Shown: positions 10,201-18,241, counted from the stretch's first letter. The stretch is DNA of 27,257 nt from a virus (IMGVR_UViG_3300038475_000107:1-27257), one strand, 5' to 3'. Notes: a model not told the origin generated them from the letters alone. A program made the numbers and translations.

Positions 10201-10709
10201 TGGTGCTTTACACCATCATGAATCATGAAAGTTCTATGAATGCAAAGGCATACAATGGTGCGGGCGGCGTTGGTCATTACGGTGTGATTCAAATTTCGGC
10301 TACTAACTTGCTTAAGATGAACGTCGATCCGAACACGTTTTACCAGAAGTATCCAACAGTCGAGTCGCAACTTAGTTTGGTTTCTCAGTATTATCGAATG
10401 ATTACAAAGCAAGATTTAAGCAACCCCGTAAAGGCGCTTGCCGCCACGTTTTGTCCAGCTTCACTGACTAACGGTGAAGGACCGTCTACGGTATTGAGTG
10501 CGAAAGCTCAAGCGGCTAATCCCGGATTCGTCATAATGAATGATTATTCGAAAGCATCTGGATACGACTGCTCAGTCGGCTCGACAAATTCATCGACTAC
10601 AGCCGCTCTTCCGGCCTCTACCACTACAACTGGGCTTCAAGTCACGCTGAACACCTCGAAATCGGCGTCTGACAACACAACTACGCATACTACCGGGAGT
10701 CATAAGTAA
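7233..10709 (+). CDS. Baseplate hub-like protein with C-terminal lytic transglycosylase (SLT/lysozyme-like) domain, 1158 aa
   Basis: Hub-like patterns (MSFTLDN, LFSGVVSS, ITVSCSDVRYLM, YQFYVTPMGDIAFEFPMYDF, NPFLLPNRPV). C-terminal IMNHESSMNAKA...YGVIQ carries the SLT catalytic Glu and GxxQ motif. Followed by a spike-like gene. Confidence 0.75.
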   Translation: MATNDGNSIFNEFNFHNADDDTQSARYTGETVNYSDLVSKIRYRDHAGSDQSRNEVVMFVDIRLFVMGVEVSNWLIGDVSVTRAKGSTDGTMSFTLDNNYDRFIIRPENLGGDTPGYDFNQDPSKGVPKINIPTGAKNRWIESSGNQKRGTFEYDEEAKKKLYAYKSPQTITGKNLKKSAGDTNTTSQTLPKFDLTIGACVIHLHDEVRAFVADPNHDPMNDADRRWMPLFSGVVSSAPVSRNRMTGESTITVSCSDVRYLMRKMRVATNIQSADQKKMMVAFDEPIGIFRDCIVLSAAEEGKVKFENSLSNYSYRQLTRALTCGDTIQDVQDGDAYNKNSGSTVDFMDLKHNVDPYVGKPKAHQGSSDATVSTGIGGFSIGLEIGFSPAKTVAQITDTVTLAAEQSSEHKQALVTAIVKLQTDVASISDYLNNTAATDPLSSAINRALAVANTITTATADNHDNSTVTVLDQQISSLQSIVSEISKLFPSVQSQLSASAQKAKKVAATESATDTSSTSTSAGQTKEKANANKAADVLPTDVQNVSDLATKVKDEASSTLNKQTIASDASTQRTANISTLEDWNDMVVFGAKRDWYTDWEVDVIGSNTRPIMYLTESAESNVDADKASPSPHSVLNGFVHYLMPDKVTGALGIRNAIEQALVTPDVNWTNRLDALAQASETIDYQFYVTPMGDIAFEFPMYDFDPTLFGKFAACYVVRDSIKSDEHNDEGDGNVVTGLVVRGAYQSAEKGSNTPTSDTAQDQAYSYIVKSDFMAEKYGPVVEEYSIPWHHKVWADGKEDDAREKNSLITFGIIEFYRRIAAMSSMGFSGCYNPFLLPNRPVLNLLQRRMALTTSCQLSIPIGGAPSSSVDTYFVRKADQDGKFISITGQSNTPFSYGNADYLDLFTNTDLANIRTPYGIELIDPRSSMVQEIDKQLTSSQLGVNTSFDNYSTNSTYDANKKKWNTLQQSNPKLAAAITNAAKNSRNMDPMVLYTIMNHESSMNAKAYNGAGGVGHYGVIQISATNLLKMNVDPNTFYQKYPTVESQLSLVSQYYRMITKQDLSNPVKALAATFCPASLTNGEGPSTVLSAKAQAANPGFVIMNDYSKASGYDCSVGSTNSSTTAALPASTTTTGLQVTLNTSKSASDNTTTHTTGSHK

Positions 10710-10713
10710 GTCC

Positions 10714-11958
10714 ATGAACAACAATCCGCTTCTACCTGGGAGTTTCCAACGTCAGCTCGGTCGGTCGCAACTCGATCGGTCTGCCCCGTTCGTGGTGGTC
10801 GTGAAGGCGATCGACAACCAGCGCGAGATCATGACGACCGACGACGATTCGAAGGAGACCGAGATCCGGTTTCCGTTCACGTCGGCTAACTCGTGGATGC
10901 GCTCGATGCCGTCGGCCGGGGTACGGGCCGTCGTCGCGTACAACAAAGACGACCGCAAGCTCGAGTTCTTGGGATACCAGAATGCGCGGGCTTCCGACGC
11001 GATCACCTCGTACAAGGCCGGAACTGGTCTGTACCGTCCGTTGAGCGAAGGCGAACACGACATCATGAGTTCGGGCAAAGCCAGTTCGTATTGGGGGAAA
11101 CAACCATTCAAAGTAGATCGCGCCGGGATGGTGAGCTCGCGTCTCGACGGGTTGAAGCTCGAGGCCATGACGCATGCCCCGACTGTGATCTGGCGTGGAA
11201 CACGCAACCGGCCTGACATCATCTGTCATGAGATGCGATTCGGTACGGTCAAACGTCCGTCATCGGCCGCGAAAGAAGACTACGCATTGAAGATCGGTTC
11301 GGCAATCGACGCGGACAGTGCCATCTATGCGAACGAATTCTTGATGGCGATCAACGCGGATGTCACCGACGCACCATTGATCGACATGCGTCTGGGAGAG
11401 GTATTCGACGACAGCCTGTCACCCGGGTATCCGATGGACAATCCAAGATACGGGTCTAACAATCTTCCGTTGCGCGCGCACGTCAAATACTACGTGACGG
11501 CCGAACCGGGCACGACCCCGATGGTCGGACAAGCCACTGAGTACGAAGTCGACACGTTGGGCAACGTAAGTCTGACTTTGTCGAAACTCTCGTTGACCGG
11601 CGTCATCGTCAAGGCTCCGGTCGGAAAGATCGCGCTGAGCTCGGGCCTCGACATGAGCTTCGACTCTTACGGCAATTTGAACATCACCGCATTGGGCAAG
11701 ATCACGATCAACGGCAAGACGGGAATCGATTTGTCGACTGCCGGTGCCGTGACGATCTCAGGCGATCAGGGAGTTTCGATCAAGAGTCGCACCGGTCCCG
11801 TTTCAGTCGAGTCGACTGTCGGTGCGGTCGAGATCAACGGCAAGACCGGAGTCTCGTTGATCGGCGCTCTGGGCAAGACTCGCCGTCCGATTGCGACGCT
11901 GTCGAACGATCCGGTCACTGGAATTCCCCTGTTCCTCGATGCAACATTGAGCACCTGA
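10714..11958 (+). CDS. Baseplate central spike (gp5/gpV-like), 414 aa
   Basis: OB-fold-like N-terminus (WMRSMPSAGVRAVVAY) and C-terminal ~8-residue beta-helix repeats (GNLNITAL, GKITINGK, GIDLSTAG, AVTISGDQ, GVSIKSRT). Confidence 0.72.
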   Translation: MNNNPLLPGSFQRQLGRSQLDRSAPFVVVVKAIDNQREIMTTDDDSKETEIRFPFTSANSWMRSMPSAGVRAVVAYNKDDRKLEFLGYQNARASDAITSYKAGTGLYRPLSEGEHDIMSSGKASSYWGKQPFKVDRAGMVSSRLDGLKLEAMTHAPTVIWRGTRNRPDIICHEMRFGTVKRPSSAAKEDYALKIGSAIDADSAIYANEFLMAINADVTDAPLIDMRLGEVFDDSLSPGYPMDNPRYGSNNLPLRAHVKYYVTAEPGTTPMVGQATEYEVDTLGNVSLTLSKLSLTGVIVKAPVGKIALSSGLDMSFDSYGNLNITALGKITINGKTGIDLSTAGAVTISGDQGVSIKSRTGPVSVESTVGAVEINGKTGVSLIGALGKTRRPIATLSNDPVTGIPLFLDATLST

Positions 11959-12785
11959 TGCCGTTCGTACTTTCGGCTTTGTCGTCTTCCGCATTGTCTA
12001 ACATCGAGTCGAACTGGCCCGGCGATTGGAAGCTGATTACCGAAAATGCCCAAAAGTTGATACTGGCTTTCGCACAGGCCTTCGCCGACGGATTCTCGCA
12101 GAGCCTTCGAAACGCGATGATCAACGGCGGGATCATCCTCGGAGGGGCGGCCCCGACCGGAGGACCGGTCGTCGGCGCGACCCTCAACATCCCCGTCGGC
12201 GGATTGACCATGGCCGCGCCTGATCTGCAATCGCATTTCATCGCACCCTCGTATCAAGTCGTCGCCTCGTTCAACAGACAGATACAGCCCGGTTCGAACA
12301 GTACCTGGCACAAGGCCTTGGTGAAGGAATGCAGCAAGGCGTTGGACGACGCCTTCACCGCTTGGACCCCTTCCTGGATGCTTACCGGAGGATCGGCCTA
12401 CGGAGGCGTCTCTACTTGGATCCCGACACCTCCGGCGCCCGGGGTCTGGACGGCCGGTACGATCGTGCCGTTCACGTTCATCGGACAGGGAACTAACGCG
12501 TCGCCGGCCTTGGAAACATTTCCGACGACTTTCACGACCGAAGCGCAAGCCGTTTCAGTGACCGTCTCGACCGACCGCACACGTACCGAACAGACGAAGC
12601 TGTCGAACAGTTCGTCACGTCCGATGCTTCAGGCAATCGCTAAAGGGTTACTTCAGACCATCGACGATGCGTTTCAACAAATTATGGTCAAGGATCCGTC
12701 TGGCACAGGCGCATCTGGTGTTTCACTCGTCGGAGGCGTCGTGGCCTCCGGCGTCATCTCCGGCCTCGTGCTGGACGTCGCATAG
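11958..12785 (+). CDS. Putative baseplate/spike-associated structural protein, 275 aa
   Basis: Translationally coupled to the spike gene (TGATG). Gly/Pro/Ala-rich. Confidence 0.55.
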   Translation: MPFVLSALSSSALSNIESNWPGDWKLITENAQKLILAFAQAFADGFSQSLRNAMINGGIILGGAAPTGGPVVGATLNIPVGGLTMAAPDLQSHFIAPSYQVVASFNRQIQPGSNSTWHKALVKECSKALDDAFTAWTPSWMLTGGSAYGGVSTWIPTPPAPGVWTAGTIVPFTFIGQGTNASPALETFPTTFTTEAQAVSVTVSTDRTRTEQTKLSNSSSRPMLQAIAKGLLQTIDDAFQQIMVKDPSGTGASGVSLVGGVVASGVISGLVLDVA

Positions 12786-12798
12786 AAAAGGCAACAAC

Positions 12799-13185
12799 AT
12801 GAAGGTATTTCTCTGAGGCACATGCGCTGACAGTACTTGGCGCGAAAAGCTGATTCCGTTGCTGAAGATCGACTACTTCAACCCGGTCGTGCCTGATTGG
12901 ACTCCTGAATGTCAAGCCGAAGAGATCAAACAACGTCGTGCATGTGATTGCGTCTTGTACGTGATCACACCGGCGATGGAAGGTGTCTACTCGATCGCGG
13001 AAGTCGTCGACGACTCGAACAAGCGACCAAAGCGCACCGTCTTCTGCTATCTCCCGTCCGAAGACGACAAGAGCTTCAGCAAGGCACAGCTTAAGTCGTT
13101 GAAAGCCGTCGGAGATCTGATAGAGCGTAATGGAGGAGTCATGCTCCGAAGTCTGATCGATGTCGCCAATTTCTTGAACAAGTAA
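12799..13185 (+). pseudogene. Nucleoside 2-deoxyribosyltransferase-like gene with an in-frame TGA at codon 6
   Basis: ATG at 12799 reads MKVFL*GTCADSTWREKLIPLLKIDYFNPVVPDW...YSIAEVVDDSNKRP, in frame with the track's 12859 ORF. The family N-terminus as I recall it is KVFLGGT...WR...FNP. Confidence 0.8.
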
Positions 13186-13235
13186 GATCTAACTTCGTAA
13201 AGGATGGTTGTCCTTAAACCATCCAGGAGCACAGC

Positions 13236-14870
13236 ATGGCCGAACGCAGATATTCAGAAACAGAACTCGCCGTCCTCGATCGGTTTTTCACGGGGGTACC
13301 GACTCTTGCGCACGTGTACGCCGCGAAGCATACGTTGCCGATGCCGATGTGGGCTTTTCTGACTGGGAGCTATTCTCGTTCGGCTCTGACCATGCGCGAG
13401 AAGTTCTTGAGCACGATCAAGGAACTGGAAGGCGCCGACCGATACGATTTCGTGATCGAAGAACTGGCGATCGGACATAGTGACTTTTTCGACAAGTTCA
13501 TCACACGCGCCGAGAAGTTTCTCTCCAAATGGTCGGTAGAATACGGCCATTCGAGCCTCAAGGATTCCTGTACCGATCGATTCGCGGTCGAAGGCGTTTC
13601 GATCTTCGGTGCCAAGCTGTTAGAATGGCCGACACTCGGGGCATACCAGGAAAAATCCACGAGATACGCGGACTTCAGCAAGGTCGACTTCGTCACCCTG
13701 TTCTTGCCGGACGGCGCCGATCCGTCTGTCTTCCAGAAGGCCTTGAACGCCTATCAAGTCGTATTCGAGAGCGCGTTCAATGCATTCTACGAGACAGTGG
13801 ACATTCCCGACGCGACCGTGCGCAGCCGTACGGCTCGTGCCAAGGCGTTCGACATCGCCCGGTACATGCTTCCCGTTTCGACTCCGACATCTCTGGGGAT
13901 CACGATTCCGTCTCGTGAGACCGAGCGGTTGATCTCGGATCTGCTCTCGTCTCCGTTCGACGAAGCACAGTCGATCGGTCGGCAATTGGCGACGGCCGGA
14001 CAAGAGGTGAACCCGGCGTTGCTCACTCACATTTCAGCTCGGGAATCCGGCACGATCGTGACCCGTTTGGCCGAATGGCCGGAGACGATCTCGGACCGTT
14101 TCCCGCTTCCGTATCCGGGGTTGCACGACGTGTTAGGGCATGTTGCGACCGGCACCGACGTCGGCGCAACATGCCGAGCCGGAGGCACGACGCTTCAGAC
14201 CGAAACCGAACAAAACAGCACGCATCCGCGTTGGTTGGCCACTGCGTCTGGTCTAGTCGAGAAGTACAGCCTTCAGCAATTCCTGTTGATCGGTCTGGCC
14301 TCGGCGCTCTCGGTCGACCCGACGAGGTTGCAAGACCACGTCGATGCGATCTTCGAAAACCGCGGCGAGAAGGAAGCCGTCCCGGCCGGACTTGGCGTCG
14401 GACAGCTGATCTTCTCCGGGTTCATCGACTTCGGAGCCTATCGCGATTTGCAACGACACCGTCGTGGATTCCAGTTCAAACTGCAACCGACGATCCGTTT
14501 CGGATATCAGCTTCCGGAATTCATCGTCGAATGCGACGACTTGCTTCAGGTCTGCGAAGAGGCGATCGAAGCGATCGAAGCGGAGCACCGCAAGACAGGA
14601 TCCGAATACTTCACATTGCTCGCGCACAACGTCCAGTTCACGTATATCTGCACGGTCGAACAGGCCATCTATCTCATCGAACTTCGCACGTCACCGGCCG
14701 GACACGTCTCGTATCGACACTTTGCACAAGATATGGCCAAGTGCTTGTTCCAAGCGTTCCCGGAACTCGAAAAGCACGTTCGCGTCTGTTGGGACAACGA
14801 CACGGACCGGCGTCAACAGGAGGAGATTCGTCAGCGCAAGCTGAAGGTCGCTCACGATGACAAACAATGA
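13236..14870 (+). CDS. thyX: FAD-dependent thymidylate synthase, tandem two-domain form, 544 aa
   Basis: N-domain YGHSS, QEKSTRY, AFDIARYMLP. C-domain DFGAYRDLQRHR, IELRTSPAGHVSYR. AGGAG SD. Confidence 0.92.
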   Translation: MAERRYSETELAVLDRFFTGVPTLAHVYAAKHTLPMPMWAFLTGSYSRSALTMREKFLSTIKELEGADRYDFVIEELAIGHSDFFDKFITRAEKFLSKWSVEYGHSSLKDSCTDRFAVEGVSIFGAKLLEWPTLGAYQEKSTRYADFSKVDFVTLFLPDGADPSVFQKALNAYQVVFESAFNAFYETVDIPDATVRSRTARAKAFDIARYMLPVSTPTSLGITIPSRETERLISDLLSSPFDEAQSIGRQLATAGQEVNPALLTHISARESGTIVTRLAEWPETISDRFPLPYPGLHDVLGHVATGTDVGATCRAGGTTLQTETEQNSTHPRWLATASGLVEKYSLQQFLLIGLASALSVDPTRLQDHVDAIFENRGEKEAVPAGLGVGQLIFSGFIDFGAYRDLQRHRRGFQFKLQPTIRFGYQLPEFIVECDDLLQVCEEAIEAIEAEHRKTGSEYFTLLAHNVQFTYICTVEQAIYLIELRTSPAGHVSYRHFAQDMAKCLFQAFPELEKHVRVCWDNDTDRRQQEEIRQRKLKVAHDDKQ

Positions 14871-15030
14871 AATCACGATCCAAGACATCGACGCCAAATT
14901 GAAGGCCTACGAGTTGTTGTCATCGCGTCCGACGACGACTCGTCGTATCTCGAGCAAGAAATTGATCGAACAGTTCATCGCAGACATGCGTGAAATTCGT
15001 GATCGGCTCACCGCTGCGAGTGCGGCATGA
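14857..15030 (+). CDS. Small hypothetical protein, 57 aa (not in ORF track)
   Basis: MTNNEITIQDIDAKLKAYELL...RDRLTAASAA*. Overlaps the thyX end, and its stop forms ATGA with the next gene. Confidence 0.65.
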   Translation: MTNNEITIQDIDAKLKAYELLSSRPTTTRRISSKKLIEQFIADMREIRDRLTAASAA

Positions 15031-15374
15031 TCTGGCTTCTACTGTTCTTGACCCCCGCGATAGCACCGGCGATCCGACGCTCCTTCTTGATGACGCTGAT
15101 CCCGCGCCAGTTGCTTCCCATGTTCAACTGCAGTCTCTGTCTCGGCTATCATGTCGGCTGGGTCTCGTATTTGATCATCTTGATGCATCAGACGCTGTCA
15201 GAAGGACAGACGGTCGTGCACGAAGTCGACCGATTCATACCGATGTTCCTCATCGCCTTCGGCGTTTCGATTGCCTCGTATGCGATCGATCAGGTACTGC
15301 GTTTGATCGAATTGACAATCGACCATCTCAACCTTTCGGGAAATTCAGAGGAGTTGACAAATGAACGAACTTGA
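15027..15374 (+). CDS. Membrane protein with CxxC (DUF1360-like), 115 aa
   Basis: Two to three hydrophobic segments and FNCSLCLGYHVGW. ATGA-coupled start. Confidence 0.6.
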   Translation: MIWLLLFLTPAIAPAIRRSFLMTLIPRQLLPMFNCSLCLGYHVGWVSYLIILMHQTLSEGQTVVHEVDRFIPMFLIAFGVSIASYAIDQVLRLIELTIDHLNLSGNSEELTNERT

Positions 15375-15993
15375 TCAGAAACGCATCATCAACGTGAAGC
15401 GTATCGTCAAGAGAATCGAATCCGAACTTCGGTGCTATCTCACGAAACACGCATTTCCGTCGTTGGTCGTATCTGAGCATTCCTTGACCAACGACGACAA
15501 GTCTACTGATTTGTTCTACGTCGACGTGTCGCTCAAAGACCGAGAATTGAATCGGATCATTTGGTTCAAGTTTCACTTCATGCGATTGGAACCGAAACAT
15601 CCGACCATCATGCTGTATCAGATCGACAACGAAAATGACGAATGGCTCGGCAATTTCTCGATTCGACTTCTGTCTCCGGCGCTCATGTACCGTACCGCCG
15701 CAACGATCGTCACGCAGTCTGCGTTGATCGATCATCTGTTTCACTATTTGTCAAACGCGGTTTCGAAACAGAACGTCGGCACGTTGTGCACGCTCCCTCC
15801 GAGTTTCTCGTATGCAAGCACCATCATGTCGAACGGGTACGTTGCGATCGAACAGAATCGTCAAAACCGATTCGTCCGTTATGTGACACGAGCCGACAAG
15901 AACGGCGACACACACTTCATGAAGATCGACCAGAATACAGTCTCGACACCTATCTCGACTCTACGTCAAACATTGCGCGAGTGGATCGAGTGA
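15361..15993 (+). CDS. Hypothetical protein, 210 aa
   Basis: GAGGAG SD. Fits the operon tiling. Confidence 0.75.
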   Translation: MNELDQKRIINVKRIVKRIESELRCYLTKHAFPSLVVSEHSLTNDDKSTDLFYVDVSLKDRELNRIIWFKFHFMRLEPKHPTIMLYQIDNENDEWLGNFSIRLLSPALMYRTAATIVTQSALIDHLFHYLSNAVSKQNVGTLCTLPPSFSYASTIMSNGYVAIEQNRQNRFVRYVTRADKNGDTHFMKIDQNTVSTPISTLRQTLREWIE

Positions 15994-16118
15994 CGAAGCT
16001 TTCAACCGATACGGCCACGATTTTCGTGGCTGTTTTCGTATCCGGAGCTGTTTCGCTCTTGGCCATATTGCTGATTTTCAAACTCGTCAAATTTATCAAC
16101 TCGTCAAATCATCACTGA
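15990..16118 (+). CDS. Small single-pass membrane protein, 42 aa
   Basis: GTGA overlap with the upstream stop. IFVAVFVSGAVSLLAILLIF followed by KLVK. Confidence 0.55.
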   Translation: MTKLSTDTATIFVAVFVSGAVSLLAILLIFKLVKFINSSNHH

Positions 16119-16158
16119 ACACGACAATTCGTTGAGCATTCATTGGTGAGGATCTAGC

Positions 16159-16776
16159 ATGAGCATGCCTACCGATATCAACCCGAAACCAGCTTCGATC
16201 CCAGAAATGTCTGAACGAGCAAACGCATTGATCATGCGCCTCGGATTGAGACATAAGCTTGCGGACGAGGCACTCGAGTTGAAGACGATCTTGGACACGT
16301 TGCTTTGGATGTTGAGAGTCAACAGTCTTGCAAGTTCAGAGCTTTCGGAACGCCGTGACGAGAGTGAGATAGATCATGCAGTTGCTCATTTTCAGAGCGT
16401 CACACCGTCTCTCGACGATCTGTCGACACTGGTCCCGCAGGTCGCGCAATACTCGTCTGAGCTCAGTACTCAAGTCGCACAGCTTCTGTGCATGCTCGAG
16501 GCGACTCGAGAACCGAATACGCCTGAAGATTTGATCGTCTCGTCCGATCTATCCTCGCCCCCTGCCGTCGACTATTCGAGTGAACGTCCTCCGGTCGTGA
16601 GCTGGCGTGCGATCAAGAAAGACCATTCGATCTTGTTGGCACTCGTTCGCGGCTATCGCTTCTTGCTCGAGTCGGACGACGAGGCTATACACAGTTTGTA
16701 TCCGTCTCGGCTGGCGTTAGTCGGGAAGATCCGCGGCCTAGAGCTCAAAGCGGTTTCGACCGGAACGGAGATTTGA
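16159..16776 (+). CDS. Hypothetical helical protein, 205 aa
   Basis: GAGG SD. Coupled to the next gene by TGATG. Confidence 0.7.
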   Translation: MSMPTDINPKPASIPEMSERANALIMRLGLRHKLADEALELKTILDTLLWMLRVNSLASSELSERRDESEIDHAVAHFQSVTPSLDDLSTLVPQVAQYSSELSTQVAQLLCMLEATREPNTPEDLIVSSDLSSPPAVDYSSERPPVVSWRAIKKDHSILLALVRGYRFLLESDDEAIHSLYPSRLALVGKIRGLELKAVSTGTEI

Positions 16777-17243
16777 TGCCTCGTGTAATGCTCGAGAAAC
16801 CGAGAGACTGTTTCCAAGACCTTCTCGACCTCGGTTGCAAGCCTAAAGACCTCGGCACCGTGACCTACAACCCTCTCACGCACCGGGTCGACGTCTTGGG
16901 CACCGTGGATCTCGATCACAACGGCCTTACCCGGTTGCCCTTTGCCTTCGGCAAAGTCGGCGGGGATTTCTGGTGCTCTGACAACCGGCTGACCTCCCTG
17001 GAGGGAGCACCGAGAGAGGTCGGCAGGGATTTCGGGTGCTTTGGCAACCGGCTGACCTCCCTGGAGGGAGCACCGAGAGAGGTCGGCGGGAATTTCGGGT
17101 GCTCGGTCGACGGCCTCCGAGACGTCTCGGCCTTGAAAGGGTGCAAGATCAAAGGCGCGCTCTATTTCATGGGACCGACGGCCGACAAGGAGAGGGTGAC
17201 TCAGATGCTGAGGGCCCAGGGATACGAGGGGGAGATCAGATGA
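16776..17243 (+). CDS. Leucine-rich-repeat-like protein (21-aa NRLTSLEGAPREVGxxFxC repeats), 155 aa
   Basis: ATG at 16776 with GGAG SD. LDHNGLTRLP plus two NRLTSLEGAP units and a capping unit. Confidence 0.8.
   Translation: MPRVMLEKPRDCFQDLLDLGCKPKDLGTVTYNPLTHRVDVLGTVDLDHNGLTRLPFAFGKVGGDFWCSDNRLTSLEGAPREVGRDFGCFGNRLTSLEGAPREVGGNFGCSVDGLRDVSALKGCKIKGALYFMGPTADKERVTQMLRAQGYEGEIR
16956..17111 (+). repeat. 63-bp coding tandem repeat, about 2.5 copies
   Basis: Identical 43-bp core at 16982-17024 and 17045-17087. GTCGGC at 16956, 17019 and 17082. Confidence 0.92.
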
Positions 17244-17491
17244 CTCGAGTAATGTTAGAACGACTGGACATCGATCGAGAATACGAGATGGCCAACAAGC
17301 TGTTTCAAGAGCTGTTCGACTTCAACTCGACACTTATGCATATGAGAGGACCGCATGAGTCCGACATCGTAACCTTCAATCGAGAACTCCTTGCTCTCGG
17401 CATACGATCGTTCAAGCTAAAATGCATTTCGCAAGGCGTAGATCATCGCGGATACGAACCGAACTACGTTAAGACTGAACATGCCTGCTAA
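17240..17491 (+). CDS. Hypothetical protein, 83 aa
   Basis: GGAG SD and ATGA overlap at 17240 (MTRVMLERL...). The track's start at 17036 is an overextension. Confidence 0.65.
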   Translation: MTRVMLERLDIDREYEMANKLFQELFDFNSTLMHMRGPHESDIVTFNRELLALGIRSFKLKCISQGVDHRGYEPNYVKTEHAC

Positions 17492-18239
17492 ACAGACCTG
17501 GTACCGGCTCCCACGCAAGGCGTATTATTACCGTACGTTGGCGTTCAATTGGCTGCGTTACGAGCATGGTTGTTCATTGATCTCGTTCGAACGTACTCCG
17601 CTCGAGACGGACGGTCGTCCGGACGTCTTGGGCATGCTGCGCAATCGGCAGTTGGTCGAAGTCGAGATCAAAGTCGATCTGGCCGACATGCGTCACGACG
17701 CCTCGAAACGACACCGTCGTATGGTGATTCAAGACATACAACGTCCGGCTCCGGGAACGGCGAACTATCTGTACTATCTCGTTCCTGAAGAGATGGTCGG
17801 TCCGGCGCTCGAAGAGCTTCCGGCGCACGTCGGTGTGATCTCGCCGAATCACGCTGTCCGGCACGGCCATACGGGCATGCCGACCATCGCCTTGCATCGT
17901 CGTGCCGTACAGTTGCATGAACGCCGACTCTCGATCCGAGAGGCTTTGACATTGTCGTCGCAGATGAGCGCTTCGATGTGCTCTCTAGTCGTCGAGCTCG
18001 CATTGGTCCGGCTCAAGCAAGATCTCAACGTCGAGTTCGAACCGATCATAGAGGTGTCGACGAAGTTGCCGGCCTCGTTTTCGATGACTCGTCCAGAGGC
18101 GGTGTTCGATCAAGGCGACCGTACCGGACGGGTCCTCGGCTCGCACTCGTTAGATGCGAAATGGCGCGATGCTCGGGCGGTCGACAAGTCGACTCCGAAG
18201 GTCGTCTCGGATATCGTCCGCGTGCGACGGGCTTTGTAA
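17481..18239 (+). CDS. PD-(D/E)XK nuclease, MmcB-like, 252 aa
   Basis: RPDVLG...EVEIKVDLADMRHD..K and NYLYYLVP...GVI motifs. Confidence 0.75.
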   Translation: MPAKQTWYRLPRKAYYYRTLAFNWLRYEHGCSLISFERTPLETDGRPDVLGMLRNRQLVEVEIKVDLADMRHDASKRHRRMVIQDIQRPAPGTANYLYYLVPEEMVGPALEELPAHVGVISPNHAVRHGHTGMPTIALHRRAVQLHERRLSIREALTLSSQMSASMCSLVVELALVRLKQDLNVEFEPIIEVSTKLPASFSMTRPEAVFDQGDRTGRVLGSHSLDAKWRDARAVDKSTPKVVSDIVRVRRAL

Positions 18240-18241
18240 AG
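18234..18241 (+). promoter_or_regulatory. TTGTAAAG motif upstream of DNA polymerase
   Basis: Ends 7 nt before GTG 18249. It overlaps the TAA stop of the nuclease gene. Confidence 0.5.

Noticed and set aside
12814-12816. Selenocysteine at the in-frame TGA
   Set aside because: The aligned residue is Gly, not Cys, and I recognised no SECIS-like hairpin.
16956-17111. CRISPR array or complete DGR
   Set aside because: The repeats are in-frame 63-bp coding units with similar rather than unique intervening sequence. No cas gene, RT or template repeat is in the window.
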